This document shows, piece after piece, positions 62,861 to 64,000 of a stretch of DNA of 64,000 nt (the first letter of the stretch is position 1; every line of letters starts with the position of its first letter). The stretch covers positions 11,160,001 to 11,224,000 of the forward strand of contig NC_087436.1 in assembly GCF_036321535.1 (NCBI RefSeq), read 5' to 3'. Under the pieces are notes generated by a model. The model searched no databases. It saw only the letters and a list, made by a program, of their open reading frames with translations, and had not been told where the DNA came from. A program made the position numbers and the translations under genes. Source of the DNA: Camelus dromedarius (lineage: Eukaryota).

Positions 62861-63550
62861 TCCTCATCTTCTTGAGACATTTCTTAATCGTATTTTCAGG
62901 GGGTTAGAGCATCTCTGGTTTACGAGTCTCTGGCCAGATGGTCCATGGCAGGATGGTCTGTGAACTCATCCTGCCCTGGAGAAACAACCTGAGTCTGCAC
63001 ACGATTAATGAGGTCTACACCAGCAATTTTAGGACATTAACAATGCTGTCAATGAAAGCAACTGTAGTCATCTGACTAGAGTTCAATAGCCCAGGATTGA
63101 GGTCAGAGGGGACAGGAGAGGGAACAAAGATTTGGACAGAGACATTCATTATAAACTCAGTAGGCAAACTAGGTTTTGGGGTGACTTAAATACCTAACTA
63201 TAGATTTCTTTTCATAGATATTTAACAACATATATTATCCCACATCATTGTAACTTTCAATTTCTATTAAAAATCCAAAGGTCATTACTTGGTGTTTTTT
63301 AATGCCTAGAATAACAGCCTCCAAAAATGAGGGGCTAGAAATAAGCCATGGCAGATGATCTATACTTACAGAAAACACGAATACCTGCCTCCTTCTAGAA
63401 ACAGCTATCTTAAAATCAGTGAGTGTCCTGGGCAGGAGACAAAGCTGAAGACTGTGGGAACCTGTTTGGCATAGGTGTGTGTTAGGTACCACACACATAC
63501 AACCAAACGTTGAAGAGCTTGGGTGATCCAGCCTCATTTCTTGCACTTAG

Positions 63551-63569
63551 TCACCGCTAGAGGGCACCG
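63551..63569 (+). promoter_or_regulatory. CTCF core motif
   Basis: TCACCGCTAGAGGGCACCG fits the CTCF consensus core. Confidence 0.6.
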
Positions 63570-64000
63570 TTTCTTCTTTTCTTTTCTGTTTTTATTTTGC
63601 TTTTTTTTTTTTTCATGAGGAAGCCGTCTTCATATTGGCAATAAGAATGATTTTCTGTTCTCTGAGCTGCTGTAACAGCTTTAATAGTCTTCATATTCTC
63701 TGCAGAAGCACAAGCATGCTAAATTTCTAAATATTGAAGGACTGTGGAACGTGGGAGCGTTTCCATGTCTACTAACCTTGAGAGAAAGCTTGAGAAACCT
63801 CTACTGCTGAATTCACATGATTCTGCGGATGTTTTTTTTTTTTTTTTTCCTGGTGACCTTCATCTTCCCCCTTCCTCTTTATACTGCATCTCAACTAGTA
63901 TCAGGCACCCTCTGTACCCCAGGTAGGCAGCGAACGGCCAAGACACTCCAGCCCTTCCTTCCACGTGGCTTTAGCTTCCCACCTTCCTCTCTGTTCCAAC

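Overview
Mammalian non-coding DNA, almost certainly camelid. It carries many tRNA-Ala-derived SINEs of the camelid Vic-1 type and a lineage-specific young L1 family. I find no supportable host protein-coding gene: every recognisable ORF is a decayed L1 ORF2 fragment or its antisense shadow, so this looks like an intergenic or large-intron region. Much of it is interspersed repeats: young and old L1, L2, L3/CR1, MIR, MLT1, four ERV1-type solo LTRs, hAT MITEs and a HAL1-like element. Between the repeats are unique, motif-dense or CpG-retaining blocks that look like enhancers, plus two strong CTCF motifs. The most notable unexplained structure is a pair of ~335-bp inverted repeats (27505-27840 / 29429-29764) that I cannot assign to a known transposon. 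They share a 59-bp near-identical core and a CTCF-like motif, and they bracket a CpG-rich ~1.6-kb putative regulatory cassette (candidate invertible, gene-converting or hairpin unit). Other oddities are a promoter-like CpG patch followed by a degenerate 9-bp array (16.7-17.1 kb), a young L1 inserted into an older twin-primed L1 at almost exactly the homologous position, and a perfect 147-bp tandem duplication. Repeat family names come from recalled consensus features, not a database search, and boundaries are approximate unless target-site duplications (TSDs) are quoted.
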